IMG/VR virus record: IMGVR_UViG_3300021602_000010
Coordinates: 1 to 52,533 of that record
Strand: one strand, 5' to 3'
Source of the DNA: a virus
Lineage: Duplodnaviria; Caudoviricetes
DNA length: 52,533 nucleotides
Positions 22,601-31,076 of the stretch are shown here, piece by piece. The translations under genes and the position numbers were made by a program. Position 1 is the first letter of the stretch. Each line of letters begins with the position of its first letter. The notes under the pieces were generated by a model. It did not search any database. It saw only the letters and a list, made by a program, of their open reading frames with translations, and had not been told where the DNA came from.

Positions 22601-25600
22601 GAATTCGTTAAACTTAACTGTGGAGCCGAACTGACTAGTTTTCTCTGTGTGAGGAGCCATAATCAACTGAGTTTGAGTGTATACTTGAATACCAGTTTGA
22701 GCTAACACACCAGTGTCATTTGCAGTCAGCGTAAGTTTATTATTTGGAATGGCCAGTGACTGATTGATCAACTGAATGATCAGCTTGTTGTTAGATACCG
22801 CCGCCTGAATGTTAGTGATGCCGGCACCATTTATTGCGGCCGCTGCTGCTGTGGCATTGCCGATTGGCAGAGTCACTGCATATCCATTGAGCAGAATAGT
22901 CACAGGTGAAACAATGGTGCAATCTTCAGTGCCGATGATCATGCCGTATTTGCATCCGGCGTTGGTAAATCTGAACACGGCACCTTCAATCTGTTGTGTG
23001 TCAAGTTCAAACGGAGCGCCAACTATAATTTCGCTGGCATATCGCGTGGTGTCATTTGAGTTTCCGAACTTCACGCCGATTCTCGGAGTCGTTTCAGTGG
23101 TGAGTGTTTGTTCCAGAACGAAATCAGATGTTCCGACATTTACGATATCACCCGCAGTTAGTCCACCGACATACACAAATATGTTATTGACCACGGCATA
23201 CTTGTTGTCAGCAACGGTCGTTCCATTTACATTTACCTGCAGTGGAGTTTGAAAATTACTTGTCATTGTGCCAGAAGCAGTTAGCAGAGATATTGGACCT
23301 ACTGCACCCCTTGTCAATGCAATGGAAAAGTGGTATGTATCGGTTATGGAATGAACATAATAAACAACGTTAGGTGAGATGTTGCTGAATATCGCGCCTG
23401 CGCCCGCAGAGAACATCACAGGATCTCCGATGTTATATGTCACTGGTTCGTCCCAACCTATTATCTGTAGGTTGTTAGTCACCGAAGAAGTTGACTCAAT
23501 CGTGTTGGTGTGCGTTCCAGGAGATAGGATCCACGCAGGAGTGAATACCTGTTGTTGTGCCTGCGGGCTTGTGTATGTTGCTTCCCAATTTTGGGTGCCG
23601 CGAACGAACACATAAGTATAACCCCAGTTTTCAAGTGAGCCACTGTTTTGATCAGGTGCGCCAACTACCAGAGTATCGCCGTAGTAATCAGTTGACAGAG
23701 AGTAACCGAAGTTATCATCCGCCCCAGTGACACCGTAATCCCAACCATTTATGATCGTGGCATATTCGTATTGAGAGGTAATGGCAGACCAACGGTAAAC
23801 ATAAACTATGTTATTGGCAATATCAGATACATACAACCAGTTCTTATCACCAGAGATGGCAGTTGCACTTCCCCAAGATGTTATACCGATACTTGGTGCC
23901 TCTATAGTTTGCACCAACTGAAGTTCATTGGTAAGAATAGTGGTGATCAGTTCATACACGTAAACTTTTCTGTCAGTATAGGCAGCACCAGTGGGCTGCG
24001 ATACGACAAAGATGTTATCAGCATGGGATATAGTAGAGCCGAACGATGCACCTTGTGGTAACTCCTGGCTCAACTCATATTCTTTGCTTAGGGCATTGTA
24101 GATGTATCTGTACGCTTTACCAGCATCAGCATCACCAATCAGGTAGCCTAACTTATCAGTAAACGCCACGGCTGATCCAAACGAAAGTGAACCGGCTTTT
24201 GTGACTTCCGGAGTATGGGCATAGTTGATGCTCTTACGATACACAGCCCACTCACCGTCAGTATTTGTATCAACCCACACGGTGTTCTTGGTGAACTCGC
24301 TATCAAGCAACGGCAGATTGATGATGTCGCTCGGTTGATCCACTCGTTGCGATTGGAAACGGAAGCCGATACCGATGCCACTAATATTAGCAATCGTCGG
24401 ATTTAGTATCAGGTTGATGGTAATTCTAAACGGGTCAACAATTGTAGCTGCGATGTAGTAGCCGTCAACATCCGAGTTGAAGTTCGTGATGGCAAGCGAT
24501 TGATACTTCGTCAGATTATGCAGTTGATCAAAAGTTATCGTTACTGTGCCATTGCGATTATTAGCAGCATTTGTGATTTGTCCCAGTGACACCGGGGTGT
24601 ATGTCTGCCAAGTTCCTAACTGATTGGCAATCCACACATAATCCCTGACATAAAGATCATTCAACGGAACAATGACTCCTGAGGAATCAACTGCGGTTGT
24701 CATACCTGAATAGAAGTAAGATGACATCTTCACATCATTGAAGTTGACATATCCCGCATCAGGGAAAAGCATAGATGGCGCATGACCATTAAGCAATGGT
24801 AAGACATCGGGTGAGGTGATTGCTCTGCCGTAGTTGAACAGTGAGTACGTTTGTATCTCTTGTTGGACGCCGGCAGTCGGGGCACCACGGGTCAACCCAA
24901 CAATACTTGGATTACCAGTTAGATCACCTTCATTCAACCGCAGTTCAATGAAGTTGCTATTAAGGGTGCCGCCGTACTCAGCAGATTTGATGGCCCAGTT
25001 TTCATAGATGTTATAGTCAATACCACCTTGAGAAAGGGTGGCGCCCTTAAAGGCGTTCACGGCATTTCTGGTGCCCTTGTTCTTGATCATGTTTCGGTAA
25101 ACATTGATCTGAGTGATATCAGTCAGATCAGCCACTGCCAGATAGTCGCGCGGTCGGAAACCAATGAGAGAGAAGCTCAACAGGTCTGCGTCTTTTTCCA
25201 GATTGGCAGTGTTGATGTCATAGTATAGAGTACTCTCATATGAGCGTGTACTGGAGTTAGGCAACAGTCCCTTTTGTATCTCGTTGTAGTCAGTGCGTTT
25301 CCATTGCGTTTCATCAAACTTCTCTTGTGCCTGAACAATCTCAATGGCAATCCAGTATTTGTTCTTGTATTTTACAATGGAACCAGTAGTATACTTAACG
25401 GTGTTGCTCCAATCAGCGATGTTGTCCTGATTCAGGATGAAGCCTTGGGCATCAATAACACCGGTCCAATCAGCAGTCTTGCTACCACGAACCACAATAC
25501 GATCCTGACGCAAACCTGTAGTCAGATTATAGATGACATCATTGAAAACGGTGACGTTATCAAAAACAATACCATGTTCAATATTACTGATGTTGAAGGT

Positions 25601-28600
25601 ACCATAGGAAATGGTATCGCCCTCGTTCAATGGTTCAGTAGAGAACAGAGTCCCGTCTCGTACCACAGCAAGATCAATTGATTGAATCGGATACAGATTT
25701 TGATTCAACACAAAGTTCTGTTGTTGCAGAGTCAGCGGCTGAACAATATTACTGTCCTTGTTAATGGTCAGAAGTTTAGCAGCCGGATTGACATTGATGA
25801 TGCTGCCGGCTTCCCAACCAGTTTGTGCCCAGTATAGAAACTCGGAAACCATTTGAACCCATGTAATCTCCAGCCCATTCTCAATCTTGTCAAAGACCAT
25901 ACCCTGAGATTGGAGATATCGTCCATAACTTGCCAGGAACTGGGCAACCTCTTGGACAGAGTAAAACTCTGTGCCGTACGGTATTACCATTTCTGTGTCA
26001 TAATAGTCGTTTGCCACCTGAACACTAAGATTGTCAATCTGGACCCGTTCATAGTTTCCATTGATCTTGGGTTTAATCACTGAAAAGTATGCATTAGTTT
26101 GTGAGTTACCAAAAATCTTGTATCCACCACGTGGGATAATCTGGATGGCAACACTGCTGTAAACAACACGGTCAAACGGTTGGTTATCGTAGAGCAGCAC
26201 GGCGTAACTTTCGTCAGGGATCAGCAGTGAACTATTGTTGCTATTCGGCGTTCCCTTCTCCACATAGAACTTCAGCATGTTCTTATCACTGAACCCGGCG
26301 GCACGATAGACCAACCTGACATCAAGATTGCTCAACAGGTCAGTGATTTGTTGAGTGGCGTCAATTCCAAGTTGTTTCTCATAATCAACGATCCAGTTGA
26401 TGTAACTTGTTTTTGGTGTACCGGATCCATATATTTCAACGTCACTGATTACAAGGTGACTACGACCATTTACAAGATACTGGTTGAACTCGGTATTGTA
26501 CTTGTAGTTGTCAACATCTACACCGAGGTTAAAGAACTCTGCTGGTTTGGTCAACGCCAGAATACGCATCAGGTCAAACGGCCAAGAACTACTGCGACGA
26601 TAGCTGAACTCTGCCGGGCCAACATCACCGACTGCCCAATCGTGGATGAATGTCTGGTTGATGTAGTTACCAACTAACGAGACAAATGGAGAAACAAGAT
26701 TACCCGCGGTGTCAACTGGCAGAACCCGCAGTAACTCAGGACGTACTGCCTGAGGAATCACCACCGGGTCGCCGTTGTTCCAGTTTATACCTTGGGCAAG
26801 GTCGCCCCATAGAACCAAGTTATCACTGGTGTATGGCATCGGGCCATAGCGAGTTTCCCACCATGATGGCTGGCTGGTGAAGCCAAGCATTTCCCAAGGC
26901 GTTAACTCAGGAGAACTTGTGTCGTAAAAATACTCATATGCGCCGCGCCAAAAACCTTGCTCAATCGGGGCGTTGTTTATCTTGTTGCCGGAGTTACGGT
27001 AGTTATACGTGAACTCATCGTTGGCCATGTAGTGCTGAGTTTTGTAATCAATCCTGTTTTGACCGACCCAGTTTAGGAAACTCTCTGAGTAAATCTGTAG
27101 GATTTCCGAGTAACTATATCCGGTATCACGGAAGAATCCAGGCAAGACCTCATATTCCTGAATAGGTATGACATTGCTCAGTTTCAGGTTGTTATAGATG
27201 CGCTTCTCAAACTCCAATAGAACTTGGTCCTTGAAGTCCATAAGTCGTCCGGTAATTTCGTCATAGTCACCGTATAACTTATTGTAAGATCCGTCGTGAC
27301 CGACGATGAAGTAGGTCGGGGTAGAATATGAGGTATCCAAATAAACTGTAGGAATTGTTGCAGGATATAGTCCTAATTTTGTAGGGGTATTAGGAACATA
27401 GCTGCCATATGTTTGTGTGTATTCTTTAATTACAATCTCGTCACCAGGGGCCAGAGCAAGAGTTATTGTTAGAGACGGGGTATCAGTTGACACGGAATAA
27501 TCAGTTCCTTTAATTAGCTGAATTGTCTGTAGGAACCCGTCAATGGTCCTTTTCAAGTAGACAAGAACACCGTAGTAGTTGGCCTTGGTAAAGTCATATA
27601 TTCTGCTAAGAGGGTAGATACTTACATCAAGCGAGTTTGAAAATAGATATGTGTTTGATATATAGGATGCCTTAGCCGGAAGCATGTCACTCCAGAAGAA
27701 GGTATCGGTTCCTGACTTTACTGCCGTGATCTGATCAAACGCATCATCAAGCATTGATGCTGCTGATTGGAACACCGAGTATTCAGTATTATTAATGGTA
27801 TCAACTAATAATGTCTTGAATGTGACATACTCTCTGCTATTGAACATCAACGCATTGAATAGATTATGGTTTTGCTTACGAAGGAACGTTCCCGGAAGTA
27901 CCAGTGATGCGCTATTTTGAATAATTGAAGAACCGTAAGAAACAAGATCACCGGAGTCTCGGTAGTTGTTAGATCCGAATACTAAGCCAGTAAGTCCCGG
28001 GGCATTGTAGAAGATACTCTGATACTGTCCACGAATGTCACCGATGTTTACCACGGTAACATCTGCGTTGAATGGATTGTTACTTAGATTGATAGGAAGA
28101 GTGTAGTAGGCATTGGCACTTACTTGATCACTCAGCAGCAGAATCTGGATTACGTTGTCAATCAATGGTTCAGGGTTTATAAAAGTGACTGTGGTGACAT
28201 CTGTTACTGCGACAGTGTAGGCCGAATCTACCTGGAACACGTTGTTCAGGTATACCTGTACTGACGGCCAAGAGTTAGTACTCTGTGGTGTCATTGGAAT
28301 ATCGCACACATACGTTGTTGTTGGTGCAGTGACCGAATAAGCAAATTCAAATGCCTGGTACTGGACGCTCGGTGCAATAGCAGTCTGCCAACCTAACTGA
28401 CGAATATGGTCTGACGGAGATGAATAGTTGAAAACAAACCCGGTGTTAACCTTCTTTGTTTCAGGTGTTGTCCCCGATACATACGAGAATGAATCAAGGT
28501 TGATACTCACATCAAAACTGATATCACCAATATTATCAACTGAACTGTATCTAACAGGGAAACCTAATACGGTGTCGTTAATCCCGGAACCAATTCCATA

Positions 28601-31069
28601 AGAAAATAACTTGGTACCCTTAAATGAAGAACCAAGATATAACGTCTGGTCGGCAAAACTAATGTTGTGGTCATCAAATACATCAAACAATGGTGGTTGA
28701 TTTACGCTTATCTTCTGTTGACCGTATTCCCATGAGAGCCCGTTGAAGAAGAATGTTTCCCCGGCATAATGGTATCCACGATACGCCACTGTTTGTTCGT
28801 TGGCAAGTACGGCACCGTCTTCTGCCTCTGACAGAGTGATAACAGGTGTTGTTCCTGAAACAGTTGAGAAGTTTGCCACGAAAATCTTATTCCTCACGGC
28901 GAGGGTTGTGTCACTTGCAAATACTACTCGGGCTCCGTCAAAAAGAGCGTAGTTATCCACAGTAGTAGTTGTCGCAACTAAGGAAACCCCTGTTGTTCCC
29001 GAAAGGGTTACTGCACCATCCCATGTCAGCCAGATAGTCTGCGTGGTTCCTATTGTTGTAATATCAGTGATATAAGTATTTTCAGGAAGAACAAACGCGG
29101 TGTCTGAAACATATTGCCCAATAGCTAGGGTGCCGTTAATGGCAGAGGTTTCAAACACCATAGTCGTTGTTGTTCCGGTGGTAACGGGAGCAATTACACC
29201 AGTATAGTCCGTGTACACTTCAACGTCGGGATAGTATTGTTGTTGTCCGGCGACATAAGTGAGGGCATCGGTTGTCCTAAAGTCAAAGAAATCAATTGGG
29301 TTCTTTCCAAACGTACCGGCATCAAACATAGCAAGGTTGGGATAGAACTCAATAATCGGACGCTTCGCCTTGTTTTCATGTGTGGCAACATTTGCCAAAT
29401 CAGGATCATTGTTGTAAACTGCCGTGGCATTGATCACATCAATGTGGAACCATCGGTTACTTCTGGACCATGCATTTTTGTTAATGGCGTTTCGTGAGAT
29501 TGTTATATAGTCTTGATCAACGGGCACGTATAGTTGACTGTCAAAGTTACCAATATCATACCCAGTTGAATCATACGGAATGTACGCGCCGGACGAAAAT
29601 AGTTCTGGAACAATAAGATCATTCACAAGAATTAGTTCAATGGCACTTCCAACTCCCTCAACATAGTATTCATTGTTTTTGAAACTAGTTGGGTAGATAG
29701 CACCTTGGAACATAACCTTTAGCCCGTTGGTGAACACAACGCCGCTCGGTGAGGTGTAGGTCTTTTTGCCTAAAATATCTAATATATTAAGGGTGTTTGT
29801 GGTGTTGCTCTCAATCAACTTAATAACACCAACTTTATTACCTGTGGTGCCGTCTTGGTAGTAGAGTGTATTCAGTGGAGCACTGATATACGGAATCAGT
29901 TCAATGTATCCGTACGTGTCTCTAAAGAAATTTCTATTTACCCATTGAGTACCATACACTGCTGTAATCTTTTCATCAGTGGGAATGGATGACACAGGAA
30001 TGAGTTGAATGATTGGATCGCTTGGATCAACTGGATTCGGCAGAAAGTGTATTTGAAAGAACCAACTACTCACCGGTTGGTAAATCATTCCATCGTCATC
30101 AAAACTCACATTCATCAAAATGTTGCTCTGATCAAATTCTTGTACATCGTATGCACCGAAATTAGCAATTTCATCTGCCAGCCCATTATAGAACATCAGT
30201 GTTAGTCCATCTAAAGAGGTGATGCCGTCTATATTCCCACCTATCTCAGATAGGCGGCGACCGTTGATCTGTCCAAAACCTAATGTAGTTACTACGTCAA
30301 CAGGGTTATTTCCTGGAAAGTTGTAGTAGTCCTGAGCCGTTTTGCTCGGAACAGTAAACGTGACAACCCCAGTCTCTGCGCCATTATTTGATACACCATA
30401 GACATCTCTTGTCTGCATATTAGGTTGCGAGTTCGAGAACCCCGTGACACCAGGCTCGCCCTGAATCCAGAACTGACTATTCTGATTTACGGAGAACGTG
30501 TATGTGCCTCCGCGCAACAGAGTAAGAGTAGGATTGGTGGAGCCATGTGAGCCAGTACCGGAATAAATGTTATACCCATTTACCACACTGTCAACAATGT
30601 AATCTGTGGCAGAATACACCGTAGCGGCATCAATGATCACGGCCCTAGGACCAGTTGGTAACCAGTAGTATTGGTTGAAGTTTATGATCTTATCAAGATT
30701 TGTAAAAGAGTCCCATGAATAAAACTCACTTGAAAATAATCGTGAGTTGTCATTAGTTAGGCCACCTTCTACTTTTAGGGCATCAATGATACCAGGATAA
30801 CTGATGAAGTCTTGAGCGGTGCTTGTGTTATTTTTCAGGAAGGCAACACCTGGTGCCAGTTGATAATCCGTGCGAACCTTAGTTGGTTCGGTTACATACT
30901 TGTCCTTGGCATTAATACCGTACCCTAACTTGCTACCTATGTATCCCTCAACTCGTTGAATGTTAGGTTGGTCAACAACCTGATCCAATGTTGCGCGTAG
31001 GAATTGCGAGTTTGTCGGTGTTCTGAATATATCCGGAAGAAAGTTTAATGTCCTAATTCTTGGTGCCAT
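13646..31069 (-). CDS. Giant 5807-aa virion structural protein (baseplate wedge/fibre-network protein) with FG-GAP propeller, CBM-like motifs and repeated beta domains
   Basis: Single uninterrupted ORF directly downstream of the gp6-like gene. KIINFNQYYWLP.GP and NAWSRSNRWFH.DV motifs, seven FG-GAP-like repeats, a KPYH motif, and about 13 copies of a G.PV.F.G..FG....YYV domain. Confidence 0.85.
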   Translation of the reverse strand: MAPRIRTLNFLPDIFRTPTNSQFLRATLDQVVDQPNIQRVEGYIGSKLGYGINAKDKYVTEPTKVRTDYQLAPGVAFLKNNTSTAQDFISYPGIIDALKVEGGLTNDNSRLFSSEFYSWDSFTNLDKIINFNQYYWLPTGPRAVIIDAATVYSATDYIVDSVVNGYNIYSGTGSHGSTNPTLTLLRGGTYTFSVNQNSQFWIQGEPGVTGFSNSQPNMQTRDVYGVSNNGAETGVVTFTVPSKTAQDYYNFPGNNPVDVVTTLGFGQINGRRLSEIGGNIDGITSLDGLTLMFYNGLADEIANFGAYDVQEFDQSNILMNVSFDDDGMIYQPVSSWFFQIHFLPNPVDPSDPIIQLIPVSSIPTDEKITAVYGTQWVNRNFFRDTYGYIELIPYISAPLNTLYYQDGTTGNKVGVIKLIESNTTNTLNILDILGKKTYTSPSGVVFTNGLKVMFQGAIYPTSFKNNEYYVEGVGSAIELILVNDLIVPELFSSGAYIPYDSTGYDIGNFDSQLYVPVDQDYITISRNAINKNAWSRSNRWFHIDVINATAVYNNDPDLANVATHENKAKRPIIEFYPNLAMFDAGTFGKNPIDFFDFRTTDALTYVAGQQQYYPDVEVYTDYTGVIAPVTTGTTTTMVFETSAINGTLAIGQYVSDTAFVLPENTYITDITTIGTTQTIWLTWDGAVTLSGTTGVSLVATTTTVDNYALFDGARVVFASDTTLAVRNKIFVANFSTVSGTTPVITLSEAEDGAVLANEQTVAYRGYHYAGETFFFNGLSWEYGQQKISVNQPPLFDVFDDHNISFADQTLYLGSSFKGTKLFSYGIGSGINDTVLGFPVRYSSVDNIGDISFDVSINLDSFSYVSGTTPETKKVNTGFVFNYSSPSDHIRQLGWQTAIAPSVQYQAFEFAYSVTAPTTTYVCDIPMTPQSTNSWPSVQVYLNNVFQVDSAYTVAVTDVTTVTFINPEPLIDNVIQILLLSDQVSANAYYTLPINLSNNPFNADVTVVNIGDIRGQYQSIFYNAPGLTGLVFGSNNYRDSGDLVSYGSSIIQNSASLVLPGTFLRKQNHNLFNALMFNSREYVTFKTLLVDTINNTEYSVFQSAASMLDDAFDQITAVKSGTDTFFWSDMLPAKASYISNTYLFSNSLDVSIYPLSRIYDFTKANYYGVLVYLKRTIDGFLQTIQLIKGTDYSVSTDTPSLTITLALAPGDEIVIKEYTQTYGSYVPNTPTKLGLYPATIPTVYLDTSYSTPTYFIVGHDGSYNKLYGDYDEITGRLMDFKDQVLLEFEKRIYNNLKLSNVIPIQEYEVLPGFFRDTGYSYSEILQIYSESFLNWVGQNRIDYKTQHYMANDEFTYNYRNSGNKINNAPIEQGFWRGAYEYFYDTSSPELTPWEMLGFTSQPSWWETRYGPMPYTSDNLVLWGDLAQGINWNNGDPVVIPQAVRPELLRVLPVDTAGNLVSPFVSLVGNYINQTFIHDWAVGDVGPAEFSYRRSSSWPFDLMRILALTKPAEFFNLGVDVDNYKYNTEFNQYLVNGRSHLVISDVEIYGSGTPKTSYINWIVDYEKQLGIDATQQITDLLSNLDVRLVYRAAGFSDKNMLKFYVEKGTPNSNNSSLLIPDESYAVLLYDNQPFDRVVYSSVAIQIIPRGGYKIFGNSQTNAYFSVIKPKINGNYERVQIDNLSVQVANDYYDTEMVIPYGTEFYSVQEVAQFLASYGRYLQSQGMVFDKIENGLEITWVQMVSEFLYWAQTGWEAGSIINVNPAAKLLTINKDSNIVQPLTLQQQNFVLNQNLYPIQSIDLAVVRDGTLFSTEPLNEGDTISYGTFNISNIEHGIVFDNVTVFNDVIYNLTTGLRQDRIVVRGSKTADWTGVIDAQGFILNQDNIADWSNTVKYTTGSIVKYKNKYWIAIEIVQAQEKFDETQWKRTDYNEIQKGLLPNSSTRSYESTLYYDINTANLEKDADLLSFSLIGFRPRDYLAVADLTDITQINVYRNMIKNKGTRNAVNAFKGATLSQGGIDYNIYENWAIKSAEYGGTLNSNFIELRLNEGDLTGNPSIVGLTRGAPTAGVQQEIQTYSLFNYGRAITSPDVLPLLNGHAPSMLFPDAGYVNFNDVKMSSYFYSGMTTAVDSSGVIVPLNDLYVRDYVWIANQLGTWQTYTPVSLGQITNAANNRNGTVTITFDQLHNLTKYQSLAITNFNSDVDGYYIAATIVDPFRITINLILNPTIANISGIGIGFRFQSQRVDQPSDIINLPLLDSEFTKNTVWVDTNTDGEWAVYRKSINYAHTPEVTKAGSLSFGSAVAFTDKLGYLIGDADAGKAYRYIYNALSKEYELSQELPQGASFGSTISHADNIFVVSQPTGAAYTDRKVYVYELITTILTNELQLVQTIEAPSIGITSWGSATAISGDKNWLYVSDIANNIVYVYRWSAITSQYEYATIINGWDYGVTGADDNFGYSLSTDYYGDTLVVGAPDQNSGSLENWGYTYVFVRGTQNWEATYTSPQAQQQVFTPAWILSPGTHTNTIESTSSVTNNLQIIGWDEPVTYNIGDPVMFSAGAGAIFSNISPNVVYYVHSITDTYHFSIALTRGAVGPISLLTASGTMTSNFQTPLQVNVNGTTVADNKYAVVNNIFVYVGGLTAGDIVNVGTSDFVLEQTLTTETTPRIGVKFGNSNDTTRYASEIIVGAPFELDTQQIEGAVFRFTNAGCKYGMIIGTEDCTIVSPVTILLNGYAVTLPIGNATAAAAAINGAGITNIQAAVSNNKLIIQLINQSLAIPNNKLTLTANDTGVLAQTGIQVYTQTQLIMAPHTEKTSQFGSTVKFNEFGSFVASAPSGTRFEATTFDFTDDENDNDTVFDNNTTQWVDTFANAGAVYMFDYLGNYAESLTNIGNFVYAQSINDINANYGAQPMYGHALEFNSNVVMIGTPGFRPGDINGQVTKYTTTIGTDWAVHRQSGPIVDVARIQDIQLFSALTNTTLDNLDFMDPLQGKLLGAIRENIDVISNVDPAGYSRGGLVWGSDKVGQLWFNTTNTRFVNYHQGDVVYDSRYWGTVFPGSNVSIYSWVVSNYLPSQYPGPGTPYDVTSYSTEQILNPAGQLVPQYFYWVRNTNVVFTAIGKTLSDTVLESYITYPQNTGISYFAPVRQNVFAMYNSGENINANDSVLHIGYLTGTNDDVSHSLFNLIRTDYADDFLPGLPNTSSITIPESLYIKMLDSLCGVDDAGSVVPDPYLPLMVQTGIQSRPRQSFFYNRFGALKNYLTYANEVLAQYPIAESRPAFFLKTVGDVNPSTLSNPAWIGSSEIFFDTMKYWEFINWWAPGYDDNTKAAIQVPVYADLYAINAAVGLIVSVQTNGVGKSETYVYTSLGTWERIGLQSGTIAFKAALWDYETYRLGFGDNFFDTSVFDLYPSEETRQIIRALNEEIYSNELLIHRNKSLVLLFEYIQSETGETQNYLPWLNKTSFIDVDHTIRELRPISVFQSDNQDFLTGYLNETKPYHVVIKEFVFKYTGTEVYGGNITDFDIPAQWTSSVNQFISPELVYANASGDSEYALGDPIWQTQPYAAWYQNRGVSLTGIDNYQITFTTSYIALNSSSFAVNNPFGFPVSGVIRIGTELIGYSNVNRSLSTLNGLTRGVNGTNVTTHLPDEPIYIDLPAVLLLDAGRAYGNPPRITAVIDTTLYPPPIREAVLVPVMSLDTIQSVTVVDPGEGYMVLPDIVIEPSIVVTFASSSVNTLTSTIELSTPLLATGDLIKFNSAVGTTIPGGLDDNQYYYVGVLQTVPTFIVALYTNYSNSLTDTDRVIIYSTGTGDSYLNVTARASCVSTASPIRENQISIKFDRTSYGSKIVDWKESAFYGSFFAGDFGSGPILASSSLLLDSEFPVIDSVMASASGAAFELESFRGTDTLTWSGRTRNVTATSATGNIITIIPSEGGAEVTPLFGPTLGFYVGMPVRFDGAVGTSGLVNETIYYVGSIINDTDFTLVDGNGVPVVLSDLTISVAGLLCYIGEVVYRTFVTIDYPGISTVTNSATITNYLTIPMTPSGNAGTTGFYPGLPIFFVGTMIGGIIENEPYYVTTVVDNQTITISKNSAPTILTITSVSSGTNQVTGEGTWALTVGDPVIFNNMVSLGVPANVFGNIVSGVTYYIHSIDDYNLFTLMAVPFGSVLDPGTDAGSCHMTNQADIVQLTTDTGSMTINVGLPISPGQVNGQLVSFYPTSSQKPGLSPSLPIGNLVTSIVRSALSTVNQLSVWADSRWLSDAYINMPVKVSDNYGGLTTGTTYYIREIGTVGTVVSATGVSGFTCPSTAGFYAGMPVTFSGTSLGGTQLNVSYIVAAVVDSFTFTVIGFTPASYVGPLRMTVTGETYIKVSAAVGGAVIALSDDSAQTAITQVADPAVAARFDVSWIRGGYRTMITNPGSGFAVGNTLTIPGTDLDGVSPDNDLVLTVNNISVIVYASTSTAAGEITCDTTLGLENDDPITFSGTSFGSIVIGQVYYVTVLSTNTIAISEVRGDPTITLTDDTGYMTVTDNGIGKLYMAAASGTPNEIVTQYYLKVVAATECEVFTDPLMTQPVNVDSFIYKGITSATLENTSSPFTLSFADLSEFSDNDPVLFTGDVFGGIEVGKVYYTYNIDYFLNTMNILTAINTPSSIVAVSDEIGSCTMAKVGDYVVLPEPFYFDQSIVRYNHQLYQCIISNNDPTFVFGKWELLLSENIKINALDRIFGYYQPTVNMPGLDFTQLVNGVTYPNGTYYGNAFDPNDEFTLDTILQDQPFTTLGSAEYVIQGDTFTSGYGPEELVPGVISDNLSMVVTTRPGTSWSAQQYAHVGYNVVSNELVPTTALQTSYSFVNVVQVPAQVALAIINRATGLATSLYSMDYSVDWINKIVVLNTPLTYGTESLRLDVYEVGNGDQLEKSNTQIDPLMMNTLTGFNEVVLNCNYSAPIASGSGVIMQGSDPIQVLATETDASPDNTITCTGIEKFILNGPVSFQGAVFGGVAEDTTYYVKTISLVTHKITISATQVSGIAGSTFVLTADIGSMSVIIQIGEGTPWTTPIVHCNGTPLLFGSYSTVTQTKASNNAVTCNTTAGMVVGCSVVFDASMFGGVIEPNTVYTVLSIFDVNEFTLEDPLNPGFELPLTNAWGGALVIVNDYAFGIADNGISAKIIFAASYDQTDYLTYTVFGETTPAQYGYTLPETQTFYGDNVSLVFPISGYVDGDNPTNAIVEMNGLRLESGYTIDPALNTITFSGAPAGTDLIAITTYNLTARQYLYTDYGIAGKIVAGLTNVSNMITLPIARTNVISTAVGTNLITCDSTTGFIADQTVIFQVVAGGPTIGNIDVTGTVYYVKNVASINTFTISDTLGGAVFALSNSATPMVATVGGTPAVRITTGIPHGFVDNDRVMIDGTIGSLQLNNNVFYAKKITDVSFDLYSDWYYPEFGSINYPVTDINTWGGGGYAWLAGTFTMINTLVTDTYASGPIKCNSIVDLIIDTPVVFSGNTFGTIESGRTYYILAINVGASEITISETYQGAEFVPTTDSGSMSLTQWEQTNVDRLWVTVNGYRVPSSSLRINPENNLSILTEINPLDTVTITRMMPSATPNELVYIQNVNKSSTGSVFRAGPESRTWLVEPLVFTDEVIYVDDLSKITNTIVQNATAPAIGLYGNRTIGLLADKRIISQVIVYNNTTSTTLNPTSYFVGTVDTAPVVNITVEVSTGDSLTITTIEGNLIYVFGEQIRFTIVDFSANSISGLQRGTNGTGVRALIPKYTEVYGVLSENRMATPIYDSSWNFISGESALPLQISDTTGAVFLRTSNNQ

Positions 31070-31076
31070 GTTTATC

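Noticed and set aside
10012-31069. Diversity-generating retroelement or invertible cassette acting on fibre genes
   Set aside because: No reverse transcriptase or invertase gene, and no near-identical TR/VR pair noticed in this window.
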